Shown piece after piece: positions 18,380 through 28,719 of a DNA stretch of 64,000 nt. The stretch's first letter is position 1. Every line of letters begins with the position of its first letter. The stretch comes from an uncultured bacterium. GTDB taxonomy: Bacteria > Chlamydiota > Chlamydiia > Chlamydiales > SM23-39. Below the pieces are notes generated by a model. That model worked only from the letters and a program-made list of their open reading frames with translations. It made no database searches and was not told the origin of the DNA. The DNA lies in NCBI GenBank assembly GCA_964424735.1, contig CAYRJU010000004.1, positions 16,038 through 80,037 on the forward strand. The letters run 5' to 3'. Made by a program: the position numbers and the translations under genes.

Positions 18380-21267
18380 TCTTTGTAAGCTGCGCTTTCC
18401 TCTAGAGCCTTCTCGGCTCTGGGGGCGTAGCTTGCGATTTCTTCAAGCTGGGGAGTCTCGATTTGCGTATAGGCAAAAGGCGAGCCGATTTTCCCTTCGA
18501 TCAAAACTGCAATCCGGCGTCTGTTCTCACGAGCGAGAAATGCGCTCGAATTTTTCAGAAAGTCTTCGTATTTGAGTGCATTTAAAGCTTCGACCCTCTT
18601 TTCTATAAACTGAAAGTCTGCGTCCTTTTCGAAGGCGAGCCGATCCCAAAGGCCCGTTTTGCTCTCGAGATTCCGAAAACGGGTCTTGAGGGAGGCGATC
18701 AGGCTCGTCTTGATCGTTTCAAAACGCTCCGGCAGCACATTTTCGGCAAGAGCGTGGTGAAACTCTTCTAAAAACTGCTCGAATCGGAAGAGGAGCTCTT
18801 CTGGCTGATGGGAATTGGACTGGACGAGAAAGTATTGAAAGAGCCTCTCCTCGATCTCTGCTCCGTCGCTTTGGGCGATATAACCGGTCTTTTGATTGGT
18901 TCTCAGTTCATTGAAAAAGGCCTCTTTCAAAACGGCCGAGAGCACCTCTTGGCTCGAGCGTTTTGAATGGGTAAAATCGCCTTCATCGATGAGAAGAAGC
19001 GTTGCATTTCCCTGGACTTCGGTCTGTTCAGCAATTTTGTAGGGACCGCTTCCTTCGGGAAGATGGAGGATTTTGGTCACTGAATGCTGCTCTTTGGAAT
19101 AGGGAGTTTTCCCAATCGCATGGATCAGATCGAGAAAAGCCGATTCGGCCTCTTTGAGTGTGAGATTGCCAGCAAAAAGAGCTTTGGCGTAGGTGTTTTC
19201 AAAGAGATTTTCATGGAATTGGAGAAATTCCTCATAGGTGATGGATTGGAGAGCCTGGAGCTTTTCTCTTTTCGTCGTCTTATCTAGATTGATGATCGAA
19301 TCGACGAGTTCTTTAGCCTGACGGGCTGCGAGCTCTTTTTGTCCATTGAGATAGCCCTTTTCATGTCGGTCCAGATAGATGGCGAATTGCTCGGGTGTAG
19401 GAGGGTTTTCGGGCATTTGGGTCAAAATTTCTTGGAGGAGCAGAGGCGCTTTTTCGCTATATCCAGAGATTTCCAAGTGGAGAGCTGAACGGTCAATGTC
19501 AAAATTTGCATTGAGCCCCGCAGCATTTGCCGCCGCAAGGGTTGGATGCAAGAGATCGGTCAAATGATCGATATACAGAGAGGAGAGAACGGCACTTCGA
19601 GGAGACGGATTGATCTCTGGCGAGAGGATGTGGATGTGATAGATCGCGTCGGGTCCTCCAAATTCAGGAGAGCGGACGTAGTAGGCGACTCCGAGCTCGC
19701 TATTGGCAATGAGAGTAGGGACAAGAGGTCCTGTCGAAGTTACTTTAAGTTTTTCTGGAAGGAAGGGATTGGGTCCAGCCAATCTGATTTCAGGATTGGG
19801 TTTTGCCCCTTGCCAAAGACGCATCCATTTTTCGGGGATCGGTCGAATGGAGTATTCAGCTCCCAGCCATTTTTCACGCCGATTGGGAGACATTTGCAAG
19901 GACTCTAGAGGAGCCAGGATCGAAAGGGTAGAGCGCTCCGGGGTCAAAAGGGCGATCACCTCGTTCATTTTTTTAGGATTATACTCAGTGGCAAGAAGAG
20001 AATTTTTGGGAAACGTGCTCAAATCCTCTTCGGAAATGCTGTCTCCGAGATGGGTGATGTAGTCAAAGGGATTTTGGCGGGCCTGATATTTGTAATTGAG
20101 CTCTGCCATCGTGTTTTTTTCTTGAAAGAGATAGGCTGGAATGGCCGTTTCGCGAAGAGCAGCCAAAGCTTCAAACAGGCGCAAAACTGCTAAGTCCACC
20201 TGTTCGAGCCCTTTTTTTGTTAGCTCGAGGGTCACTTGAAAAAATTTGTGATCGAGTCCGCCGAGTTCATCCACTCGGATCGACATGGTGTCGATGAGTT
20301 CTTCCGCTTTCAGTTTTTCGTAAAGGCTGTATTTTTGCCCTCTTCTCAATGCATAGGCGAGCGTCTCTGCCGGTTTACTCGGATCTTTGGCAAGGGTTGA
20401 AGGAAGCTCCCAGGAAAGGGTCAATGTCTTGCGGTTCTTGATCGGTTTGATGGCAAGGATGTGGCCCACCTGCTCGGAGGAGGAGAGAAAGCCCCCGGTA
20501 TCGACGGGAGATGCCTTGCTCTTCGGGACTTCGGAAAAGATCTCTACGATCTTTGTCTTGAGCTCTTCTAAGGGAAGGGGCGAGTAGACCACTAAATGCA
20601 TTTTTTCGGCGCCGTATTGTCCTTCATGCCATTTCTTCAGAGCGCTTTGCGGGATTTTACCGAGAGTTTGCGAATTGCCGGTGGAGAACATCCGATTGGG
20701 GTGATTGGGGTTTCCCGTCTCTTTGAAGACCATGTATTCGCGCCAACCGTCATTTTCGATATTTTTGGCAAATTCCTGATCGACATTGTGCATTTCCCGC
20801 GAGATGAAAGAGGGATTGAAGAGGGGATCGATGAAAAAATGGGCAAAGCGATCGAGAAGGGGAAGAAATCCGCTCGTTTGGGCCGAGAACATGTACACGG
20901 TTCGATTGGGAGCGGTAAATGCGTTTGTCTGCCCCGCATAATCGGCGACCTGTGTGAAAAATTCGTTGACGCTCGGATATTTTTGGGTTCCCATGAAGAG
21001 CATGTGTTCGCAAAAATGGGCCATTCCCGGATATTCTATCGGATCGCTCCAAGACCCGGCGGCGACTGTGAGAGAGGCGGCCGATTGGTCTGCCATTGGA
21101 TCGGAGATGAGGAGAACGCGCAGTTCATTTTCGAGACAGAGTTTCAAAATTTTTCGATCTTTGAGCTCGGGATTTAAAAGGGAGAGGTTCGAAGTATCTT
21201 CAACAACGGTGTAAGGGGGGAGGGGAGCAATAGCAGTCATAATTAGGGTGGTGATGGATGCAATCAT
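18376..21267 (-). CDS. ptr: Insulinase family (M16) zinc protease
   Basis: GMAHFCEHMLFMGT inverted zinc motif (HxxEH), LRTNQKTGY; 963 aa. Confidence 0.93.
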   Translation of the reverse strand: MIASITTLIMTAIAPLPPYTVVEDTSNLSLLNPELKDRKILKLCLENELRVLLISDPMADQSAASLTVAAGSWSDPIEYPGMAHFCEHMLFMGTQKYPSVNEFFTQVADYAGQTNAFTAPNRTVYMFSAQTSGFLPLLDRFAHFFIDPLFNPSFISREMHNVDQEFAKNIENDGWREYMVFKETGNPNHPNRMFSTGNSQTLGKIPQSALKKWHEGQYGAEKMHLVVYSPLPLEELKTKIVEIFSEVPKSKASPVDTGGFLSSSEQVGHILAIKPIKNRKTLTLSWELPSTLAKDPSKPAETLAYALRRGQKYSLYEKLKAEELIDTMSIRVDELGGLDHKFFQVTLELTKKGLEQVDLAVLRLFEALAALRETAIPAYLFQEKNTMAELNYKYQARQNPFDYITHLGDSISEEDLSTFPKNSLLATEYNPKKMNEVIALLTPERSTLSILAPLESLQMSPNRREKWLGAEYSIRPIPEKWMRLWQGAKPNPEIRLAGPNPFLPEKLKVTSTGPLVPTLIANSELGVAYYVRSPEFGGPDAIYHIHILSPEINPSPRSAVLSSLYIDHLTDLLHPTLAAANAAGLNANFDIDRSALHLEISGYSEKAPLLLQEILTQMPENPPTPEQFAIYLDRHEKGYLNGQKELAARQAKELVDSIINLDKTTKREKLQALQSITYEEFLQFHENLFENTYAKALFAGNLTLKEAESAFLDLIHAIGKTPYSKEQHSVTKILHLPEGSGPYKIAEQTEVQGNATLLLIDEGDFTHSKRSSQEVLSAVLKEAFFNELRTNQKTGYIAQSDGAEIEERLFQYFLVQSNSHQPEELLFRFEQFLEEFHHALAENVLPERFETIKTSLIASLKTRFRNLESKTGLWDRLAFEKDADFQFIEKRVEALNALKYEDFLKNSSAFLARENRRRIAVLIEGKIGSPFAYTQIETPQLEEIASYAPRAEKALEESAAYKD

Positions 21268-22214
21268 TGTAAGCCTCGATAGGTGTTATTGACAATCTTC
21301 CAAAGGGCATCTGCCCGATTTTTTCTTCTAGCGGTTTTCTCTTCTTCCGAAGAGCCAGGAAAGTGTTCCATGTCGAATTCAGGGGAAAAAGCGATCTGAA
21401 CGGGACATCGCTGCGCGTGTCTCGTCTCTCCGAGTTCCTTTTGAATGGTCTCTGGAGGGGGAAGCAGATCGTAAGTGGCTAGGGTGAAAGGGTAAAAATG
21501 GGTCGGCGTTTTGGCTTTACGGGCCATGAGATAGAACATCTCGATGCTCGCTGGATCAAACGGTGCGACCTCGATGTTTCCCGATGCTCCACGCCGGTCT
21601 CTTCCGCCACTGGGGGCGACATAGATGATTTTTCCCCCTTCTTGTAAAAGCCGGCTCATCAACTCCATCGTATTTTTGTTGTGGAGCTGTTTTTGCAACT
21701 TCTCTTCGGGAGGATGGTCGATGTAGCGCTTTGAATAGATGCAGAGAAGATCGCAGCCCATGCTAAAGGGGACCGCTAAGGGATCTGTGACAACCCTTTC
21801 TCCAGCAACATAGATGATTTTTTCGCCAATATGGGAAAAATCCTTCTCTAAGAGAATAGAGATTGCCTGGGGATCGGGCTCTGTCTGATGATTGGCGAAG
21901 AGGACCACATTTTCTCTCCTTTTCAGCTGGGTATCGATCTGTTTGAGAATCTGGAACCCGTGGATTTTGGAGTGTTCGAGATCGATGAGGGATCGTATGA
22001 AGTCGAGACCAAATTGATAGTAGTCAAAAGGGGAGCGCACTTTTTGATGATATAGATCAAAAAAGTAGGGGTTTTTCTGAAGAAAGAGCAGCCTTTCGAC
22101 AAAGGTGTCGAGCACCGCTTCTTTTCCGCCCGCTTCTCGATAGCAGGCGAAAAAATGGCGCAAGATTTTTTGGTATTTGGGGGAAAATCCCTCAAGTTTC
22201 AATTTTTTGTCCAT
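21264..22214 (-). CDS. plsB: Glycerol-3-phosphate acyltransferase (chlamydial / plastid type)
   Basis: ANHQTEPDPQ (HxxxxD), PFSMGCDLLCIYSK, APSGGRDR. Confidence 0.9.
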   Translation of the reverse strand: MDKKLKLEGFSPKYQKILRHFFACYREAGGKEAVLDTFVERLLFLQKNPYFFDLYHQKVRSPFDYYQFGLDFIRSLIDLEHSKIHGFQILKQIDTQLKRRENVVLFANHQTEPDPQAISILLEKDFSHIGEKIIYVAGERVVTDPLAVPFSMGCDLLCIYSKRYIDHPPEEKLQKQLHNKNTMELMSRLLQEGGKIIYVAPSGGRDRRGASGNIEVAPFDPASIEMFYLMARKAKTPTHFYPFTLATYDLLPPPETIQKELGETRHAQRCPVQIAFSPEFDMEHFPGSSEEEKTARRKNRADALWKIVNNTYRGLQ

Positions 22215-23730
22215 TGGTCGTCGAATAAAAGAGGAACTCGTTGAGGTGTAAACTGTCGTTCACGGCAAATTCGAGATGGGCGTTCGATTTACCGGCAAGT
22301 TTGAGGTAGTAGTCTTTATCGCTCTGATCGAGGAATTTATTGAGTTCGGGATGGACGATGAGTTTTAGGGCGAATTGATTGTGGCACTGAATGAGTTTTT
22401 TGAGCGCCCTTTCAATTTCGACAGAAACGCTCTCGTGTGTCTTGATGAGCCCACTTCCAGAGCAATAGGGGCAATTCGTGTAGATGGTTTGCGAAAGGGA
22501 TTCGCGGTTTCGCTGGCGGGTCATTTCGACGAGGCCAAATTCGCTCATTCCGAGGATCGTGCACTTGGCCGAATCTTCTTTCATGCACTCTTTGAGTCTT
22601 TCCAATACCCGTCTTTGGTTTTTGCGCGAGCGCATATCGATGAAGTCGCAGATGATGAGTCCTCCGATGTTGCGAAGGCGCAGCTGTCTCGCAATCTCTT
22701 CTGAAGCTTCCAAATTGATCCGCACGAGCGTCTCTTCTACGTCCGAACCCGATGGATTGGCCGAACTTCTTCCCGAGTTGACATCGATGGTATGCATCGC
22801 TTCTGTCCGATCGAAGTAGAGATAGCCTCCGGAGCCAAGCCAAAGTTTGCGCTTGACGGCGCGATCAATTTCCCTTTCTACGTTGAATCTTTCGAACATG
22901 GGGACTTTATCGCGATAAAATTCGATTTTGAGCGGGTGTTCACTCATGTATTTTTGGTAGAGGTGCTTGCAGCGCAAGTAAGTCGAGTGATCATCGATGA
23001 GAAGGCGATCGATTTTTTTATCGACACAAAAGAGGATGACCCGTTTGATGAGGTCCGATTCTTCGTAGAGAAGAGTGGGACGGCTTGCCTTGTGGAACTT
23101 TTCTACGATCATTTGCCAAGAACTCAAGAGTTCGTGAGCCTCTTCGACGAGCTGTTCTGTGGTTGCGCTGCCACTTGCCGTGCGGCAGATCAGGCCCATA
23201 TCTTGCGGCATTTCGAAGGAGCGGATGATTTTTTTCAGCCGGTCGCGCATGGACTTATCTTCGATTTTGCGAGAAACGCCCCGATGGGGATTATTGGGAA
23301 GAAGAACGAGGTATCTGCCTGCAATCGAGATGTTGGAGGTGAGCCTTGCCCCTTTTGTTCCAATGGCCTCTTTGACGACCTGAACGAGAACGGGCTGATC
23401 GATTTTGAGAAGTTGAGAAATTTCTTTGGCTTTAGGCGTTTGCTCCATCTTCGAGATGTCGTAGTCGAGATCGAAATCCATGTCGAACATCTCTTCGAAT
23501 TTCTTCGTGTTTTCCAAGATGTCGCTGATGTGGATAAAACCGTTTTCTCCCTCGTGGATGTCGATGAAAGCCGACTGGATATTGTGGAGGATATTCGTGA
23601 CTCTACCGCGGTAAATATTGCCCGTAATCTGGCGCGATCTTTTCCGATCGACGATCAGGTCTTGGAGCTGTCCATTCTTGAGATAGGCGTACCGGATTTC
23701 TTTCGATTCGATGTTGAGTAGAATTTCATG
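22192..23730 (-). CDS. rng: Rne/Rng family ribonuclease (RNase G / CafA)
   Basis: GNIYRGRV S1 domain, AFIDI, IDVNSG, GGLIICDFIDM, C-x-x-C-x-G-x-G; start placed at MHEILL. Confidence 0.94.
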   Translation of the reverse strand, partial: HEILLNIESKEIRYAYLKNGQLQDLIVDRKRSRQITGNIYRGRVTNILHNIQSAFIDIHEGENGFIHISDILENTKKFEEMFDMDFDLDYDISKMEQTPKAKEISQLLKIDQPVLVQVVKEAIGTKGARLTSNISIAGRYLVLLPNNPHRGVSRKIEDKSMRDRLKKIIRSFEMPQDMGLICRTASGSATTEQLVEEAHELLSSWQMIVEKFHKASRPTLLYEESDLIKRVILFCVDKKIDRLLIDDHSTYLRCKHLYQKYMSEHPLKIEFYRDKVPMFERFNVEREIDRAVKRKLWLGSGGYLYFDRTEAMHTIDVNSGRSSANPSGSDVEETLVRINLEASEEIARQLRLRNIGGLIICDFIDMRSRKNQRRVLERLKECMKEDSAKCTILGMSEFGLVEMTRQRNRESLSQTIYTNCPYCSGSGLIKTHESVSVEIERALKKLIQCHNQFALKLIVHPELNKFLDQSDKDYYLKLAGKSNAHLEFAVNDSLHLNEFLFYSTTNGQKIET

Positions 23731-23740
23731 CATATTTTTA

Positions 23741-24664
23741 TCATAGTTCATTTAATAATTTTTGTACGAATGCCTCTTTTGCAAGTTCGATGGCGCCGAG
23801 AACTGCATTGGTAAATCCTTTAGGAGTGGAATATCCATGACATTTGATCACGATCCCTCGAATGCCGGCGAGAATAGCCCCTGGGTATTCGGCCAAGGTG
23901 AGCGACTGAAATTTTTTGAGTTCAGTTAAATCGCCTTGGATCTTGTCCAAGATGAGACTGGCGATCCCTTCAGCTGTTTTTAAAAAGACATTTCCCGTAA
24001 ATCCATCGGTGACGAGCACATCGACATCCCCATCAAACACTGTCATTCCCTCGATATTGCCAACAAAGGCAATCGATCTTTTCTTCTGGAGCTCATGGTA
24101 GGCGAGTTTCAATTCAGAAGTTCCTTTGAGAGGCTCCGATCCAATATTGAGCAGACCCACTTTGGGATGAGAAATGCCTCGCGTTTTTTGAAAAGCAGCT
24201 CCCACTAGAGCAAATTGTACGAGATGGGCCGCTTTGATTTGGACATTTGCGCCTACATCGAGAACAGCTACGGGATTTTTCTTGGTTGGCATGAGAGTGA
24301 GAAGAGAGGGTCGCAAAATACCTGGCAAGACGCCAACGGTCATTTTTGCAGATGAGACGAGCGCTCCCGTATTGCCGGCAGAGACAAACGCATCGATTTT
24401 ATTCTCTTTTAAAAGGCGCATTCCCATCGGAATAGAAGCATTTTTTTTTCGCCTAAGCGCGAGGAGGGGATGTTCATCCATTTCGATCGTCTCTTTTGCA
24501 GAAAAGTACTCAAAAGGAGAAGCCAAATGGGCAAATTCTGGGGAACCGATGGCAAAAAGAGTCACGTTCGAGGGAATCGAGATCCCTTTCAGAGCGCTCA
24601 GCAAGGTTTGGGGAGCGTTGTCGTTCCCCATTAAATCGACGCCGATCTTAAGCGGTCGCTGCAA
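23741..24664 (-). CDS. plsX: Phosphate acyltransferase
   Basis: KIGVDLMGND, VSAGNTGAL, DVGAN, GLLNIGSE, DGFTGN, KCHG; probable TTG start at 24664 overlapping the rpmF end. Confidence 0.9.
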   Translation of the reverse strand: MQRPLKIGVDLMGNDNAPQTLLSALKGISIPSNVTLFAIGSPEFAHLASPFEYFSAKETIEMDEHPLLALRRKKNASIPMGMRLLKENKIDAFVSAGNTGALVSSAKMTVGVLPGILRPSLLTLMPTKKNPVAVLDVGANVQIKAAHLVQFALVGAAFQKTRGISHPKVGLLNIGSEPLKGTSELKLAYHELQKKRSIAFVGNIEGMTVFDGDVDVLVTDGFTGNVFLKTAEGIASLILDKIQGDLTELKKFQSLTLAEYPGAILAGIRGIVIKCHGYSTPKGFTNAVLGAIELAKEAFVQKLLNEL

Positions 24665-24824
24665 AGGCTTGGCCTTTATACTGGCCGCAAGAGGGGCAAA
24701 TCCTGTGGGGAAGTCTGGACTTGCCGCAGTTTGGGCAGTTGGAAAAATTTTTCGGTTTTTTCGCATGGTGCGAACGGCGCGAATTTTTTTTCGCATTCGA
24801 CGTACGGTTACGAGGTACAGCCAT
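24648..24824 (-). CDS. rpmF: 50S ribosomal protein L32 (absent from ORF track, 58 aa)
   Basis: MAVPRNRTSNAKKNSRRSHH...CPNCG...PHRICPSCGQYKG*, with AGGAG SD. Confidence 0.95.
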   Translation of the reverse strand: MAVPRNRTSNAKKNSRRSHHAKKPKNFSNCPNCGKSRLPHRICPSCGQYKGQAFAATA

Positions 24825-24833
24825 TGTTTTCTC

Positions 24834-25292
24834 CTATTTTAAATCTTGATCCATGTTGGCAAATGGGAAATGGGTCCTTTCTTTTTGGGACTTGATGAAC
24901 GGTGTGATCGAAGCCCGTTCGGAACATTTTCCCCCATTGCATTCTACTGTTTTTGGGAGCTCGATGAGAAGAGATTCTCTCAGCGCTTCGCTGAAATCGA
25001 AAATCGCACCCTTGATCTCTTCGATCGGCTCCGTATGATAAAAATTGTCCACTTTCAGATCGATTCCGATCATCTCATTGCAAACAGAGCAGGGCATCCG
25101 TGCTTCTGTAGACGCCTTGAGATGGATGATCAGGTGTTCATCCGTCAAATAGGCTTCCCCTTTGATGAGAACCTGGTGCTTGAACTTGAGTTCAGGCTCA
25201 TCCGGACCCAAAAAAGTGGGGTCTATTCTCAAATCAATTTTATGAGTCGAGCCGCCTTTGAGACGATCGATGAGAATTTTAAAAGGTGACAT
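24834..25292 (-). CDS. yceD: YceD/DUF177 family protein
   Basis: PCSVCN and ECNGGKC cysteines; canonical position upstream of rpmF. Confidence 0.82.
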   Translation of the reverse strand: MSPFKILIDRLKGGSTHKIDLRIDPTFLGPDEPELKFKHQVLIKGEAYLTDEHLIIHLKASTEARMPCSVCNEMIGIDLKVDNFYHTEPIEEIKGAIFDFSEALRESLLIELPKTVECNGGKCSERASITPFIKSQKERTHFPFANMDQDLK

Positions 25293-25322
25293 ATGTAATT
25301 GTAGAGTTTAAGCGAGTCTAGG

Positions 25323-26438
25323 TTAAAAATCTACAAGGGACAAAATGGCAGCTACAGCTTCCTCGGAAGAGGAGCGAGAACCTAGAGTTTTTTGGACCTT
25401 TTTGCAGCCTGTAAGACACTTTCCCCTAGCTTCGGGGTCCTGGAGGAGTTTTTGGGATTCAAAAAAGAGTTTTTCTTCGGTGAGGTTGGGACCAAAGAGC
25501 TCAGGGAAAACTTCTTCCTGTACAACGATATTTGGCAGAGCGTAAAAGGGCAATTTGATGCGAAAGATTTTTTGAGCCAAGAAGAGATCTAGCGGTTTGA
25601 TGGCGTAGGCAACGACCGTTGGGGTCCCGTGAAGGGCTAGTTCCAAAGTCACGGTTCCAGAAGTTGCAAGAGCAAGGAACGAGGCGCGCATGAGCTCGTA
25701 ATTGTCTTCGGGCGCTACGATCTGAACACCTGGCGTCTCGATCTCAAACTGAGTTTTAGAAATGGCGATCTGAAGGGTAGGGTCGAGCTGTTTTATCTCC
25801 TTCGCACATTTAAGCAGCAAGGGGAGATTCCTCTCAATTTCTGTTTTTCGGCTCCCAGGAAAAATCCCGAGGATTTTCCCTGAGAATTTGCCAGCGGGTC
25901 TGAAGTTGGCTACTGCTGAGGTAAGTGGGTTTCCTATGTACTTGACATTCAGTTGGGTATGGGAGAAGCATTCCGTTTCAAAGGGGAAGAGAGTCAAGAG
26001 CAAATCGAGGTTTTGGGTCATGAGGGGGATTCTCTTTTTGCCCCAGGCCCAAACGGTTGGACAGATGAAGTGGATGAGTTTTCCTCTATACCCTTTTTTG
26101 CGTAAAGAGCGCTCCATCCTCAAGTGAAATCCCGGATAATCGATGAAGATGAGCGCTTTGGGCTCCAATTTAAGGATTTGATTTCGAATTTTGAAGAAAG
26201 ATCGGACCAATTTGGGGAGGGCAAAAAGGATGTCGGTAAACCCCATAACTTGAAGAGATTCCATGGGGAAAAATTCCCGAATGGGCAGTTTTCTCATTTG
26301 AGGGCCTGCAACGGCTCCTATTTTGAGATGGGGCCGTCTTTTCAAGAGTTCTTGGATGAGATGGGCTCCATGCACATCCCCGCTCATTTCGCCCGCTGAG
26401 ATAAAGAGATCTATCTTTTCAGGTGAGAGGCGAGCCAT
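25323..26438 (-). CDS. lpxB: Lipid-A-disaccharide synthase
   Basis: SAGEMSGD, IDYPGFH, PTVWAW, FPGSR, SGTVTLE, ALPNI. Confidence 0.95.
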   Translation of the reverse strand: MARLSPEKIDLFISAGEMSGDVHGAHLIQELLKRRPHLKIGAVAGPQMRKLPIREFFPMESLQVMGFTDILFALPKLVRSFFKIRNQILKLEPKALIFIDYPGFHLRMERSLRKKGYRGKLIHFICPTVWAWGKKRIPLMTQNLDLLLTLFPFETECFSHTQLNVKYIGNPLTSAVANFRPAGKFSGKILGIFPGSRKTEIERNLPLLLKCAKEIKQLDPTLQIAISKTQFEIETPGVQIVAPEDNYELMRASFLALATSGTVTLELALHGTPTVVAYAIKPLDLFLAQKIFRIKLPFYALPNIVVQEEVFPELFGPNLTEEKLFFESQKLLQDPEARGKCLTGCKKVQKTLGSRSSSEEAVAAILSLVDF

Positions 26439-27166
26439 AAAGCGCCCTGTTTAAAAATTTCTGGAGGGGTTCCATGTCCCATTTGCCCAATGGAAGGGTA
26501 CATGTGGAGTTCGACTTGTGCTATTCTCGTCTTTTTCTTTTCCACGAGAGCCATGGCGAATTCAAAACATTCTCGGGTGCCGACCCTCGTATCCTCGTTT
26601 CCAATGAAGAGTTGGATGTGTCTATCTTGAAGTAAGGGGGCCAAATGGATGAGATCGAGACGATTCGCGATGGGGTTGTGAGGCATTTCCCGAAATTCCC
26701 GGATGACGCGGAGCTGAGTGAGAGGAGCAAAACCGACCAAGTGCTTAAACCTCTCGTCTCTTGCTGCCACATGGGCCGCGATCATGGCGCCGCGAGAAAG
26801 TCCCGCCGTTCCCATCCTAGCCGGATCGATAAAGCGATTTTTTATGGCAAACTCGACAGCTCTTTCGATGTCTTCTAAAAACTCTTCGACCCTATTTTGC
26901 CCTTTTTCCATATCGCTTGCCCAGATTTGCATGGCCTCTTTTGCGGGAAGATCCATTTCGTGGCCTGGAAGGGTCATGGAAAAGATGCGGATCATCTCTC
27001 CTTGCAAAAACTGAACGGGTTGATTGAAAGGATCTAGGCAAAGGCTATCGGGGCCCGAAATGGCAAAATAGAAAAGAGAGGGAAGGGGACCATGATCTAG
27101 AGCGGGCCCTGTGTGATAGAGGGTGATATCAGGGGCAACAGAAATAGCATTACAGTGGCTCTTCAC
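26411..27166 (-). CDS. Alpha/beta hydrolase
   Basis: GLSRG nucleophile elbow, GNED, GHG; GTG start at 27166 preceded by GGAGGAG. Confidence 0.75.
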   Translation of the reverse strand: MKSHCNAISVAPDITLYHTGPALDHGPLPSLFYFAISGPDSLCLDPFNQPVQFLQGEMIRIFSMTLPGHEMDLPAKEAMQIWASDMEKGQNRVEEFLEDIERAVEFAIKNRFIDPARMGTAGLSRGAMIAAHVAARDERFKHLVGFAPLTQLRVIREFREMPHNPIANRLDLIHLAPLLQDRHIQLFIGNEDTRVGTRECFEFAMALVEKKKTRIAQVELHMYPSIGQMGHGTPPEIFKQGALWLASHLKR

Positions 27167-28403
27167 TTTGCTGTCTCCTCCTTCGTCTTCGCCGTTTTCT
27201 CTGGCGCCTTTCGGGGGGTAGATCGGATGCTTCATGAGAGGCATAAGAGGCCTCTGTCCAAAGAGTATAAGCGGGGAGGAGTTCTGGGTCTAGGCCAGCG
27301 CGTAATTTGAGGAGGTGCAGACTCAAAGGGAAAAGAGAATCTTTAGGGACTCTTTGCCGTCTCATTTTTCCATCGAGGGGAATCAGTCTAAATTGCGAGG
27401 TCAGGACGAATCCCATAATCCCTCGCATTCTTCGAGGAATGCTGAAGAAGGGGAGAAAGATTTGATCGATTGTGCGGTGGGCCATCTCTGCGATTTGCCC
27501 TAAGTGAGGAGGTTTTTCTTCTCGCCCATTTCTCTCTAGCACCTTTTCTTGGAAAAGGGGGAAGATCAGAGCCGCCAAGAGAAGGGAGCGATCTGCTGAA
27601 AAGCCTTTTTGGATTTCATCATCGATCTGTCCGAGAAGCTGCAGGGCCAAATTATTGGGTTTTTTCAAATAATCTGCTAGGTGAGCCGATAGAGGTTTTA
27701 AGAGTCCATATTCGTTGAGAAGGTGAAAAAACGCTTTTGAGGATCCCGATTCGAGCATCCGGAGGAGCTCTTCGAAAATGCGGGCTTGCGAGCTCTTTAA
27801 AATCTCTGCTTTGCAATTCAAAAGGGCTTCAAAGGTCGGGTGGTGGATTTCAAATTGAAAACGGGCGCAAAATTTGATGAGCCGGATCATCCGCACGGGG
27901 TCTTGGATGAATCTGATCTCGGGTTTTCCGATGGTGCGCAGCATTTTCTTTTCTAGATCGACATAGCCATCGACATAATCGATCACTTTTTGGCTTTCTG
28001 GATCGTAGAAGAGTCCATTGATGGTAAAATCTCTTCTCAAGACGTCTTGTTCTTCAGACCCCCATTCATTGTCTCGAACGATGAGGCCGGCCTCTTCTGT
28101 AGCGCCCGAGCGAAAGGTGGATACCTCAATGATTTTTTGACCAAAGCGGATGTGGGCGAGCCTAAATCTCCTTCCAATCAAAATGGCGTTGCGAAAAAGA
28201 GCCTTGATCTCCTCGGGTCTTGCCGAAGTCGACACGTCGAAATCTTTGGGACGGACTCCCAATAACAGATCGCGCACCCCACCCCCCACCAAATAGGCAC
28301 TATGGCCCGCTTGTCTTAGCTTCTGGATGACATAAGAGGCGTGCGTATCGATCTGTTCGAGAGCGATTTTGTGCGCATCAACTGGGTAAATTTTCGGTTG
28401 CAA
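27150..28403 (-). CDS. pcnB: Poly(A) polymerase I
   Basis: YLVGGGVRDLLLG, KDFDVST, IGRRFRLAH, RRDFTINGL, basic RRRRR tail. Confidence 0.93.
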   Translation of the reverse strand: MQPKIYPVDAHKIALEQIDTHASYVIQKLRQAGHSAYLVGGGVRDLLLGVRPKDFDVSTSARPEEIKALFRNAILIGRRFRLAHIRFGQKIIEVSTFRSGATEEAGLIVRDNEWGSEEQDVLRRDFTINGLFYDPESQKVIDYVDGYVDLEKKMLRTIGKPEIRFIQDPVRMIRLIKFCARFQFEIHHPTFEALLNCKAEILKSSQARIFEELLRMLESGSSKAFFHLLNEYGLLKPLSAHLADYLKKPNNLALQLLGQIDDEIQKGFSADRSLLLAALIFPLFQEKVLERNGREEKPPHLGQIAEMAHRTIDQIFLPFFSIPRRMRGIMGFVLTSQFRLIPLDGKMRRQRVPKDSLFPLSLHLLKLRAGLDPELLPAYTLWTEASYASHEASDLPPERRQRKRRRRRRRQQSEEPL

Positions 28404-28499
28404 TTGAGAGAACCTATCCGATCAATATTTGCCAAACTTGGAGTATATCACGTCTTGGATTGGGCTGCAATTATTCTCACATCTCGGTAGTGTCTCTTA

Positions 28500-28667
28500 G
28501 AGACTATTAACGGAATTTGCAAGGTCGAATTCTAAAGTCTTTTTGCGATATTCGGTTTCTCCTCGTGGGAGCTATGAAGCTGCCGGCATATGCCGCCCAC
28601 GAGGAAAAATCAAATCTCATCAAAAATACTTTAGAATTCGACACTTGCAAATTCCGTTAACAGTCTC
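28500..28667. mobile_element. MITE-like palindromic element, 168 bp
   Basis: About 40-bp arms GAGACT(A/G)TTAACGGAATTTGCAAG(T)GTCGAATTCTAAAGT; inner CCTCGTGGG/CCCACGAGG stem; TTA at 28497-28499 and 28668-28670. Confidence 0.8.
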
Positions 28668-28719
28668 TTAGCCAAACAGCGAGCTTCCCAATAAAAATCT
28701 CTTCCTGTATGGGGAGGTT

